Virus record (IMG/VR): IMGVR_UViG_3300025695_001512
Span: 1 to 53,349 of that record
Strand: one strand, 5' to 3'
DNA from: a virus
Taxonomy: Duplodnaviria > Caudoviricetes
DNA: 53,349 nucleotides
This document shows, one piece after another, positions 18,903 to 27,324 of this stretch. The position numbers and the translations under genes were made by a program. Within the stretch, counting starts at the first letter, position 1; each line of letters starts with the position of its first letter. A model generated the notes under the pieces. The model was given only the letters and a program-made list of their open reading frames with translations. It did not search any database and had not been told where the DNA came from.

Positions 18903-19192
18903 TATACTGTTTTGATTTAGACAATACTTTGTGTATAACAGTGGATGGTGATTACAAAAATTCAACACCAATACAAGATAGAATAGACAGGGTAAATAAA
19001 TTACATTCAGAAGGTAACCGTATTATTATCGACACTGCCAGAGGTAGTGTCACCGGAATTAATTGGTTTGATTTAACTAAAAATCAATTAGATTCATGGG
19101 GGGTTTCATACGATGAGTTAAGAGTCGGTATAAAGAAATATGCTGATGTTTACATTGATGATAAGGGTATTAGTGATACTGTATTTTTTTAA
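18899..19192 (+). CDS. Small capless HAD phosphatase (candidate nonulosonate-9-phosphate phosphatase)
   Basis: CFDLDNTLC, TARG, K, YIDDK motifs; coupled to neuB. Confidence 0.8.
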   Translation: MIYCFDLDNTLCITVDGDYKNSTPIQDRIDRVNKLHSEGNRIIIDTARGSVTGINWFDLTKNQLDSWGVSYDELRVGIKKYADVYIDDKGISDTVFF

Positions 19193-19195
19193 CTT

Positions 19196-19846
19196 TTACC
19201 AACCGTCTTTCTTACTCAAAATTTCATATTGTTTATCAGTTAATAAACCCTTTTTATAAAGCTCATCAATTATTTTAAAATCTTTTTCTAAAAACTTATT
19301 TAAATTTTTAATTGATAATTCACTAAGTTTTTTATTTGGTTTATTTTTTGAGTTATCTTTTAATACCTTTCTTTTATAGTCAGGGACAACCTTTTTCAAT
19401 TCTTCATCTAAAAAATGTGTCGTAAAAATATTAGTCACATTTTTTTTATTTAATTTAGTAATGATTGGTGATAAGTAATATGAAATTGACTCGCTGATAT
19501 GCGCAACACCATTAACATTTTCTATATTATAATCAAATAAGTTTTCGGTAAAATCATAAACATTGTCTACTGAATTAAAAATTTTACTTTCATTTAAGTT
19601 ATATTTACCCCCACGACCAGATAAGAATTCATTTTTTCTATAGTAAAAGGCGGAAATAAAACGGTCAATAGGGTTTCTGAGTGATGTAAAATATTTGTCA
19701 TCATTAGAAAATTTTACTCTTTGTAAATGAATTTCATATTTGTGTTTAATAACAGTTCTTAAAGTGCTACCTCCACATTTACCAATGTGTATAAAAATTG
19801 GTCCGTCACTTAAGAACATTGGGTGTTTGGGTCTCAAAATGGCCAT
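19196..19846 (-). CDS. Carbohydrate sulfotransferase (Sulfotransfer_2-like)
   Basis: 5'-PSB FIHIGKCGGSTL and 3'-PB LRNPIDRFISAFYY motifs. Confidence 0.88.
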   Translation of the reverse strand: MAILRPKHPMFLSDGPIFIHIGKCGGSTLRTVIKHKYEIHLQRVKFSNDDKYFTSLRNPIDRFISAFYYRKNEFLSGRGGKYNLNESKIFNSVDNVYDFTENLFDYNIENVNGVAHISESISYYLSPIITKLNKKNVTNIFTTHFLDEELKKVVPDYKRKVLKDNSKNKPNKKLSELSIKNLNKFLEKDFKIIDELYKKGLLTDKQYEILSKKDGW

Positions 19847-19847
19847 A

Positions 19848-20549
19848 TTATAGATATTTTTCTTTAGTTAAATCAAACCAATATTTGGTATCATCCATTA
19901 AATGGATATGATTTAATTTAATTAATTCATTAATTTCTTTAATTGTTTTTTTTTGTGGGTGACTTTCTCCTTTTAAAACCATACCTTTTTGGTTATGGAA
20001 ATGCTCATCAACATAAAATGGATGATTTTGATAAAAAGAAAAACCTGTTAAAGATATATTTTTATAACCTTCATTAATTAAATGTAAAATGGTCAATACC
20101 CCCATATTAGAACTCCAATTAGTATTTATGTTATACCCTTTTGGTGTTTTTGCATTTAAATTTACTTGTTTTATTATTAAATTTTCTTTGAATTTTCTTT
20201 TTAAATCGGATATTAATGATTTATTATTTCTAACCCACATTCGATTTAAAAATAAATAATCAGTCCTACTACCAAAGTCTATATGGTTACTTATTGTGTA
20301 TGAGTTATTCATTCTAACAACAACATCATAACTATCTATTTTTTCTCCTAAATTTAAATTAATGAGGTGAGGTGAAGGACCAACAATTATAACTTTCTTA
20401 GTATCTTTATTAACTTTTGAGTCAATATATTTTAAACATTCATCTTTAGTACCTTCAAATAAGGTAATATTTGAGTCGATTACTTTATACTTCAAATATG
20501 TCTTATTTTCTTTTAGTATATATTCATTTATTGTAGAATATAATTTCAT
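19848..20549 (-). CDS. GT29-like sialyltransferase
   Basis: Sialylmotif-L-like VIIVGPSPHL...LGEKIDSYDVVVRMN...DFGSRT; S-like SNMG...ISLTGFSFY; VS-like His (ESHP). Confidence 0.8.
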   Translation of the reverse strand: MKLYSTINEYILKENKTYLKYKVIDSNITLFEGTKDECLKYIDSKVNKDTKKVIIVGPSPHLINLNLGEKIDSYDVVVRMNNSYTISNHIDFGSRTDYLFLNRMWVRNNKSLISDLKRKFKENLIIKQVNLNAKTPKGYNINTNWSSNMGVLTILHLINEGYKNISLTGFSFYQNHPFYVDEHFHNQKGMVLKGESHPQKKTIKEINELIKLNHIHLMDDTKYWFDLTKEKYL

Positions 20550-20550
20550 A

Positions 20551-21843
20551 TTAATAATTAAATTTTACCATTAATCCTTTAGGTATTCTTTTACCTAATA
20601 ATCCGATATTACTCATATTTTTATAAATAATACTTTCATTATTTTTATCTAATAAACCATCAATTTTCATTGATTTTTCATAGGATTCTTTAGAAAATAT
20701 TGAATTATTAATGATAAGAGTTTCATCAGTAATTGAATTAATTGACCAATTTTGTTTTTGTTCAAGACCTTGTTTTTTACCTACATGAATAATATCACAA
20801 TATACGGGACTTATTTTAGGGTTATTTTTTATTATTGAGACCCCACTCTTAATATATCCTGGTAGTACCATATCTCCTTCATCTAATGATAATATAAATT
20901 CACCATTACCTTCATTTATTGATGAAATACGTGATTTAAAAGAATCTTCATTTTTTTTATTAAAAACCTTTATATCTTGATGGTCTTTTAATGTTGATAA
21001 CTTCATTAAACAATATTCATCAGTTGAATTATCATTAATTATGATTATTTCAAAATTTGTGTAATCTTGTTTGAATATTGATTCTATTGTTGGATTTAAT
21101 CTTTTTGCTTGATTATATATTGGTAATGAAATAGTCACTAATGGCTCATTCTTTTTAACATCTTTTTTTGTAAATGATGTGGGTAATAAAACAGGAAGAT
21201 TATCTTTATAAGTTTTAGCAAATTGTTGCCGATTTTTCTCCCACTGTTCATTAGTCATACCGATAGATTTATGAGTAATCCTAACGTCATAAAAAACACC
21301 TACTCTAACACCTTCTAAAAAGTTTCTAAAACAAAAATCTACCTCATAAAAGTGAAATCCTTTTACTTCCTCATTAAAATTTGTTTTTAAATTTGGTTTA
21401 TTTACCACCATAAAAAGACCGTCAACAATTACAGTATCGTCTAATTTATTTCCTTTGGATTCGCTATATTTTGATGTCCATTTTTTACCTTCGTGTTCGT
21501 GATTAACAATACCAATCATTTCGGATTGAACTTCCCACCACATCCCCGTTCTCGGCATATATTTGGAACCCGCAGCACCAATAATACCGTATTCAGGATT
21601 TCTTTTAAAATGTTTTAATATTTTGTTACCCCAATTATTTTTCTCGAAGTAGATGTCATCATGACATAAAACGACAATATCATTGCTCGATTTCTCAAGA
21701 ATGATATTATATGCTTCGGTCAATGAATGAGTGCCAGGGTTTTCAAATGGGATTACTTCAACGTTTTTTAATCCACATGATTTCTCGATATACTCTCTAA
21801 ATTCAGGGTCTATTTTCTTTGTGCTATATCCTATTGTTATCAT
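20551..21843 (-). CDS. Two-domain glycosyltransferase (GT2-like plus degenerate GT2)
   Basis: Domain 1: SLTEAYN...VVLCHDDI...VDGLF...GFHFYEVD; domain 2: PLVTISLPIYN...FEIIIINDNSTD. Confidence 0.82.
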   Translation of the reverse strand: MITIGYSTKKIDPEFREYIEKSCGLKNVEVIPFENPGTHSLTEAYNIILEKSSNDIVVLCHDDIYFEKNNWGNKILKHFKRNPEYGIIGAAGSKYMPRTGMWWEVQSEMIGIVNHEHEGKKWTSKYSESKGNKLDDTVIVDGLFMVVNKPNLKTNFNEEVKGFHFYEVDFCFRNFLEGVRVGVFYDVRITHKSIGMTNEQWEKNRQQFAKTYKDNLPVLLPTSFTKKDVKKNEPLVTISLPIYNQAKRLNPTIESIFKQDYTNFEIIIINDNSTDEYCLMKLSTLKDHQDIKVFNKKNEDSFKSRISSINEGNGEFILSLDEGDMVLPGYIKSGVSIIKNNPKISPVYCDIIHVGKKQGLEQKQNWSINSITDETLIINNSIFSKESYEKSMKIDGLLDKNNESIIYKNMSNIGLLGKRIPKGLMVKFNY

Positions 21844-22247
21844 TAATCGTCAAATACTTGTATCGTGGTTTCTTTTTCTGTTAAAGGTGTCCATTTACCA
21901 TTATAACGAGTTCCTCTAACAATATGATTATCTATCCAATGATAGTTACCACCACGTGGTTTATTCATTAATAAATTATGGTATTTAAAACCATGTTTTT
22001 TGAACCAATTTTCTGTCACCTCACGGTGTTCTTCAGTTCTAGAAGTGAAGAAAGTAATAATATGACCTTCTTCATACCATCCATTAATAATATCAATGGA
22101 CCCTGAATATGGAAGACAACTTTCCATTCTTTCAGGTTCTTCATTGGGCACATCGTCTGTTATTGTGCCGTCAATGTCAATCAAATAATTCTTTCTTCCG
22201 TCTGCTAATACAGGACTTGTATTAGTTTCCAGTTGAACCAAATCCAT
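21843..22247 (-). CDS. HAD-superfamily phosphatase
   Basis: LIDIDGTI, FFTSR, MNKPRGG, WIDN. Confidence 0.8.
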   Translation of the reverse strand: MDLVQLETNTSPVLADGRKNYLIDIDGTITDDVPNEEPERMESCLPYSGSIDIINGWYEEGHIITFFTSRTEEHREVTENWFKKHGFKYHNLLMNKPRGGNYHWIDNHIVRGTRYNGKWTPLTEKETTIQVFDD

Positions 22248-22821
22248 TTTCGTTTCTGTCTTTTTCTTTTATTTCTAATACTCTTTTCAAGATAACGTCT
22301 CTTCCTTGAACCACGGGACAAATTACCGCTTGTGCAATTTTATCTCCCGATTCAATAACTTGAGTTTCTTGACTTAGATTAATTAGAATAACTTTTATTT
22401 CGCCCGTATACCCTTCATCAACAGTACCGGGTGTATTAAGAACCGTAAGTCCTTTTTTAAGAGCTAAACCACTCTTAGGTCTGACCTGAACTTCGTGTCT
22501 TGCAGGAACATTTATATATAATCCTGTTGGAACCAATTTTCTTTCAAAAGGTTCTAATGTTAGATTTTGATTTGCTCTTAAATCAAAACCCGAATCACTA
22601 CCATAATGGTATTTTGGTTCAGGGTTAACTGATTTATAAACATATTCAATTTCAGGTGTTTTATGATATTGAGATTCAAAATCTTTTTCTAACTGTTCAT
22701 AATCAATACCAAATGAATCCGCAATTGACTTTGGGTCTGTCATGTCGGCAGATTCCAGCTTTTCTTTTAATTCGTTTAGTTGAGACATTCCGTCTCTTAG
22801 GTTTTTTAATTTTTCAAACAT
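22222..22821 (-). CDS. dut: Trimeric dUTPase with ~55-aa N-terminal extension
   Basis: SGFDL, RPKSGLA, NTPGTVDEGYTGEI, GDKIAQ, RNENGFGSTG. Confidence 0.95.
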   Translation of the reverse strand: MFEKLKNLRDGMSQLNELKEKLESADMTDPKSIADSFGIDYEQLEKDFESQYHKTPEIEYVYKSVNPEPKYHYGSDSGFDLRANQNLTLEPFERKLVPTGLYINVPARHEVQVRPKSGLALKKGLTVLNTPGTVDEGYTGEIKVILINLSQETQVIESGDKIAQAVICPVVQGRDVILKRVLEIKEKDRNENGFGSTGN

Positions 22822-22824
22822 ATT

Positions 22825-23526
22825 TTATTTTAAGTTGTATATTTTTTTCATTAATTCAACAAGAACATTAACATCTTTTTCACAATACTCGGCAATTGGT
22901 GTTAATCCATTTGCATTCCAATATGTGTCGTGAACTAAATTACCTGAAACCTCACCAGTCTTTGGACTTTCAATACCCATGGATACACACATTAAATCTA
23001 ATGATGATATACCAAAATTGTTACCGAACTGCCATACTTCTTTGGTGTCAACAGCTTTAATCTCCCACGGTTTTGTTTCATAACTTGGTAGAATTTTTGG
23101 GGGTAGTATTCCATGTGTTAAAAATCTTTTACCTAATGTTGGTATGTCAAAAAACTTAATATTGTGACCACATAGATAAAAATCTAACTTTTCAACTTTA
23201 TTTAATAAATCTCTAACCTGTAACAATAAATCTTTTTCATCGTCTTCTGCGAAGGTTTGTGTATGAATATCACCTTTAGGTGTTATAAATGAAAAAGATG
23301 CGACAATGATTTTTGAAAACTCAGAAACAAGCGCTGCTTTGTTCACGAATATTTCTTCGGGTGTATTACCTTCTTGTTCAGGATACTTTTTAACAAACCA
23401 ATCCAAATAACTTTCAAATAATCTTGCGAGTTCAGGTCTGTTTTTTCTTAATGTTGGTAAATCTTTTTCAACTCCAACTGTTTCTAAGTCGAAAAATAAA
23501 AGTTTGTTTAACGGTACGTTTATCAT
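22825..23526 (-). CDS. Stand-alone DEDDy 3'-5' exonuclease (PolB exo-like)
   Basis: FFDLET (Exo I), GHNIKFFDIP (Exo II), YCEKDV (Exo III). Confidence 0.88.
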   Translation of the reverse strand: MINVPLNKLLFFDLETVGVEKDLPTLRKNRPELARLFESYLDWFVKKYPEQEGNTPEEIFVNKAALVSEFSKIIVASFSFITPKGDIHTQTFAEDDEKDLLLQVRDLLNKVEKLDFYLCGHNIKFFDIPTLGKRFLTHGILPPKILPSYETKPWEIKAVDTKEVWQFGNNFGISSLDLMCVSMGIESPKTGEVSGNLVHDTYWNANGLTPIAEYCEKDVNVLVELMKKIYNLK

Positions 23527-24731
23527 TATACTAAGGATTTATAAAATTGTGCTCTTGTATCTGTTACATTATTTAAGTTATAGGTATCTTTTACTGTTTC
23601 ATAAAGTCTCTCACCTAAATCTTCTGCCCATGTTGGGTTGTTAATTAGTTTTTTCATGAACTTAGCCCAATCACCATGATTTCTGTTTTCATTGACTAAC
23701 AGTGCATTACCATCAACAAAATTACCATTTTTTAATGAATGTTTCAAGTCTATGGTATATGGTCCAATATTAGAAGCAATAATCGCCTTTTTGTAGAAAC
23801 CCGCCTCAATAACTTTAAGTTGTGATTTCATTCTATTAAATAAATGATTTTTAATTGGTGCCAACGATACATCAAATTTAGTGTAATTCTTAGCATATGA
23901 AGTTACAGGTTGTGTCCATACTCTATGATAAAACTTTTCGTTCGGATATGGTTCTTGTTTGTAAGTGAGTAAGAATTTTTTATAATCCTCATCAATTAGA
24001 TTATATTTAGATGTGAAGATTTCTTCATATTTAGCCCACACAGTTTCTTCGGGTCTGATGGGTCTTTGTCTTTGTTGTCCTGTTCTTTGGTCTATTTCTG
24101 TCACACTACCACGAACATCAAAACCACATAAGAACAAATCATATTGGTCTTTTAATGATGATAGAAGATTAAAAGTTCCACCTAATAATTTTAAATCATG
24201 TAAGTGAGATGACCCACCTAACCAACCAAATCGTAATTTATCTGATGGTTCTGTCTTAGCCTGAAACTGAGGCTCATTAGGGTTGATTGAATTTGGTAAT
24301 ACAATAACGTTCTTGTTAAGTTTTTTAATCTCTTGAGCGAAAATAGATGTTGTTGTTGTGATGTATTGTGCCGCTCTTAGATTAGCGGTAATCTTTTGGT
24401 GTAGTTTGTTGTTGAGAATCATCGCATATGCTGGATGTTCTTTTGTTGGTAACCAATAATCATCAATATCACCAACAGTTACGATACCCCACTTATGTAA
24501 TTTTTCAATAAGTGCTGGTGTGCTGTCGTAATCTTTTGTGATTGTTCTGTGGAAATGAACGATGTCGTAATTCTTCCAATAATTATCGTCATCAATTTTT
24601 GGTTCGTAGTCTATATCTACATGAAAGTCTTCAGGATATTTGTTTTGTAAGAAGATATGTGGTTCAACGGAACGAAACTTACCAACCCCCGTCCTGTCTG
24701 AGGGTAATACTAATATTTTAATCTTTGCCAT
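23526..24731 (-). CDS. GT-B glycosyltransferase
   Basis: GVGKFRS, DIDDYW, GWLGGSSHLHDL, FDVSLAPI...FNRMKSQLKVIEAG...IIASNIGPY. Confidence 0.85.
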   Translation of the reverse strand: MAKIKILVLPSDRTGVGKFRSVEPHIFLQNKYPEDFHVDIDYEPKIDDDNYWKNYDIVHFHRTITKDYDSTPALIEKLHKWGIVTVGDIDDYWLPTKEHPAYAMILNNKLHQKITANLRAAQYITTTTSIFAQEIKKLNKNVIVLPNSINPNEPQFQAKTEPSDKLRFGWLGGSSHLHDLKLLGGTFNLLSSLKDQYDLFLCGFDVRGSVTEIDQRTGQQRQRPIRPEETVWAKYEEIFTSKYNLIDEDYKKFLLTYKQEPYPNEKFYHRVWTQPVTSYAKNYTKFDVSLAPIKNHLFNRMKSQLKVIEAGFYKKAIIASNIGPYTIDLKHSLKNGNFVDGNALLVNENRNHGDWAKFMKKLINNPTWAEDLGERLYETVKDTYNLNNVTDTRAQFYKSLV

Positions 24732-24788
24732 ATACTTAATAAGTTTTAGACAAAGTATAAGTAAAAAAATAGGATAAGAAAAGGTCTA

Positions 24789-25376
24789 TTACTGTTTTAC
24801 CTTTTTAATTTTCAATACCTTTCCTTCGAAGATATGTTTTCCAACTCTAAGAGATAATGTCTCATTTGTTTTTTGTGATGATTCACTTAAAAGACCCGCG
24901 TTTTGTAATTCTTCTTTTACTACATCTCTAACTGTATCACGAACAACATCTCTAATCATTTGTTTTAAATCGGAATTATTAGTTGTTGTGTTTTGTGGTA
25001 TGTTTGGTCTTGATTCTGTAACAGGATTATTTACACCATTTTGATTCATAAGTCTTGTTGCCCCTTCAACTATCTCATTAGACAATACAGGTCCACCCAT
25101 TTGTGGTTGAGTTATTGGGTTTTCCATCATTAATTTTTTAATGTCGTCAGGTAATTTTGAGTTCTTAATTGCGTCCTCTGATACTGGATGGTTCATTGTT
25201 ACCGATTGTTGAACTACAGGTTGTTGTGTTTGGTTCATCACTTCTTGAGGTATATTGTAAGTGGCATTAACATTTTCATTTAGGTTAATGTTACCTTGTG
25301 CTTGACCTCTTGGCGTTTCTTTATGTTTGTCCATTATCTGTTTTGATATTGCTAATTTTTGCATTAAATCACTCAT
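24789..25376 (-). CDS. Hypothetical Gln/Asn-rich protein
   Basis: 195 aa with LNE/VTE/LSE motifs. Confidence 0.72.
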   Translation of the reverse strand: MSDLMQKLAISKQIMDKHKETPRGQAQGNINLNENVNATYNIPQEVMNQTQQPVVQQSVTMNHPVSEDAIKNSKLPDDIKKLMMENPITQPQMGGPVLSNEIVEGATRLMNQNGVNNPVTESRPNIPQNTTTNNSDLKQMIRDVVRDTVRDVVKEELQNAGLLSESSQKTNETLSLRVGKHIFEGKVLKIKKVKQ

Positions 25377-25380
25377 TCTC

Positions 25381-25767
25381 TTATGTATTAAATTTTGCGT
25401 TTAAAATTACTCTAGTCATACTTTTATCCCCATTTGGATTGTAGTTGGGTCTAGGTTCATTAAAGTTATCAAGACTTGGTTTATAAGTAAAGATTTTGTC
25501 CACACGGAACAATCTCCAACCTGGTAAAGGTTTCTCACCTATTGTGGCGGTGTGGGACGCACCTTCACGGTCCCACGCTCTTAAAACTAAGTTTCCTGCT
25601 TTACTATAACCCACACAAACAGGTTCTATTTCTCTTAAACCTGTCCCACCTGGGTTATCACCATCATAATATATGGTAGTAACATTTCGGTCCCTTATTG
25701 ATTTTTGTATATCATTAAGAGATGCGACCTCATTAAGGAGTCCACGAAATGTTTCCAAAAGTTTCAT
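25381..25767 (-). CDS. Stand-alone WYL-domain protein
   Basis: TIYY...REIEPVCVG...LVLRAW...WRLFRVDKI; no HTH. Confidence 0.8.
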   Translation of the reverse strand: MKLLETFRGLLNEVASLNDIQKSIRDRNVTTIYYDGDNPGGTGLREIEPVCVGYSKAGNLVLRAWDREGASHTATIGEKPLPGWRLFRVDKIFTYKPSLDNFNEPRPNYNPNGDKSMTRVILNAKFNT

Positions 25768-26060
25768 TAGAAATTAGGGTATGTATTCTTTGAATTAAAT
25801 TTATTGATTTTAATATCACCAATTCTTTCTTGAATATCTGTTGATGTTCCTGCGTTTTCATTATACACATCTAAAAATTTTGCAGTTCCTCTACCTAATG
25901 CATCACCGTCAGCCATAGCGTCAGGGTGTTGTGGTGAATACAAATCAGATTTTGGTGAAAAATCATTTTTAGGAAATAATTTCCCTCTTTCAGCTTCAGC
26001 AATTGCAGACAAGTTGTTGTCTGGCTGGTCAAATTGTAATTTGTCGTTTTGTGTTGCCAT
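25767..26060 (-). CDS. Hypothetical protein
   Basis: 97 aa, TAATG-coupled in the operon. Confidence 0.72.
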   Translation of the reverse strand: MATQNDKLQFDQPDNNLSAIAEAERGKLFPKNDFSPKSDLYSPQHPDAMADGDALGRGTAKFLDVYNENAGTSTDIQERIGDIKINKFNSKNTYPNF

Positions 26061-26524
26061 TATAGTAATGTTTTCATTATTGAGTTTATTTGTTTAATTT
26101 GTTCCGTTACGGCTGTGTCGTATTTGTTAATACCTTTTTCATGTTTATCACCTGGATTAACAACAATACCATCTTTGGTGTGGTTATCTATGTATTGGTT
26201 TTCCATACCCGTTTCCATTTTTGTTTTTTTACCACTTTCTAAGGTATTTCTCCAATGGTCTAAAACATGGTTACACCACTTTTGCATTCTTTCACCACCG
26301 TTAAGTATGAAAGGTGCATCTTCTTTTTCTCCCTGATAACTATCAAACCAATTTTTAACTCTTTTAAGTTGTTGGTAATTCATAATACCTGTTTCTCGCA
26401 ATTCTTTATTACGGTTAAACCCTTCAGTATTACTATCCGCCTCTACCATTTCAAAACTTTTATTTAAATGGTCTTTAAGTGAATCAGGTAATTTAACTTT
26501 TTTGTCGTATAAATCTTTATTCAT
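26060..26524 (-). CDS. Hypothetical protein
   Basis: 154 aa; LKRVKNWFD...LNGGERMQKW module resembles the C-terminus of the 3805 ORF. Confidence 0.72.
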   Translation of the reverse strand: MNKDLYDKKVKLPDSLKDHLNKSFEMVEADSNTEGFNRNKELRETGIMNYQQLKRVKNWFDSYQGEKEDAPFILNGGERMQKWCNHVLDHWRNTLESGKKTKMETGMENQYIDNHTKDGIVVNPGDKHEKGINKYDTAVTEQIKQINSIMKTLL

Positions 26525-27269
26525 CTCTTAACATCTTAATTAGTTCGTTGGTGGATACTCCATCCATTACTGCTAATTTTTTAAGGGCTTTTATATTTCT
26601 CTTAAGTATCGGAGATACCTCTTGGTCTACTTTTAATTCACGGTCATCTGATTTTGATAACAGTGAATCTTCAGCCATTTTTAATATTTCTTCTTTACTT
26701 AATTGTTTACCTTTCTCTGTCAGACGACCCTTCATTACAAAATTTTTCTTATCTTTATAAGGTGAAGTTTCATCCAATTCAGGGTCCTTACCCATTTCTT
26801 CTGCTCTACCTTCGGCATCGTCTTCTTCAAATCCTAATTCATCCATAAAGTATTCAATGGTTTCTTCAGCATCCATAAATTTGGTTTCTTCAAAACCAAA
26901 GGCATCTTCCATATCTTCTTCAGAAATAAACTTAGGTTCAACACCTTCTCCGTAATATACTCGATAACCTCTCATTAGTGGGTCTTGAGTAATACGAGTC
27001 ATGGCTACTGTCTTATCCATGGTGTCGTCACCTTTAGCGGTAACATGTGGGTCCAAAATAGGAACTTTAGAGTTTAACATTGTTCCATCATAATCGATTA
27101 ATTCGTCTATTTCACCTTCAGGTTTTTGTGATTTTGTTTTTTTCAAAAACACTTTATGTGAATCACAAGGCATAAAAGTTTTTCTTTTATGTTTGTGAAA
27201 TCCTCTACAACCTAACTCTTTTGCGGCGTTCTTTGCACCCTCTTCTGTTTTATAAAGATATGACTTCAT
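26517..27269 (-). CDS. Hypothetical protein with N-terminal GC..H...MPC..H metal-binding module and acidic C-terminus
   Basis: AKELGCRGFHKH...FMPCDSH; TATTTAT 15 nt upstream. Confidence 0.72.
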   Translation of the reverse strand: MKSYLYKTEEGAKNAAKELGCRGFHKHKRKTFMPCDSHKVFLKKTKSQKPEGEIDELIDYDGTMLNSKVPILDPHVTAKGDDTMDKTVAMTRITQDPLMRGYRVYYGEGVEPKFISEEDMEDAFGFEETKFMDAEETIEYFMDELGFEEDDAEGRAEEMGKDPELDETSPYKDKKNFVMKGRLTEKGKQLSKEEILKMAEDSLLSKSDDRELKVDQEVSPILKRNIKALKKLAVMDGVSTNELIKMLRDE

Positions 27270-27284
27270 AGATTCTTTTTTACT

Positions 27285-27310
27285 ATAAATACTGCAAACA
27301 AAGTATTTAT
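27285..27310. promoter_or_regulatory. Divergent pair of TATTTAT putative late promoters
   Basis: ATAAATA at 27285-27291 (for - gene starting 27269) and TATTTAT at 27304-27310 (for + gene starting 27325). Confidence 0.7.
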
Positions 27311-27324
27311 CTATAAAAACAAGT

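Noticed and set aside
11237-24731. Bacterial O-antigen/capsule locus (contamination or host DNA)
   Set aside because: The genes are coupled with phage sigma, phoH, dUTPase and exonuclease genes, and there are no wzx/wzy/wza or priming transferase genes.
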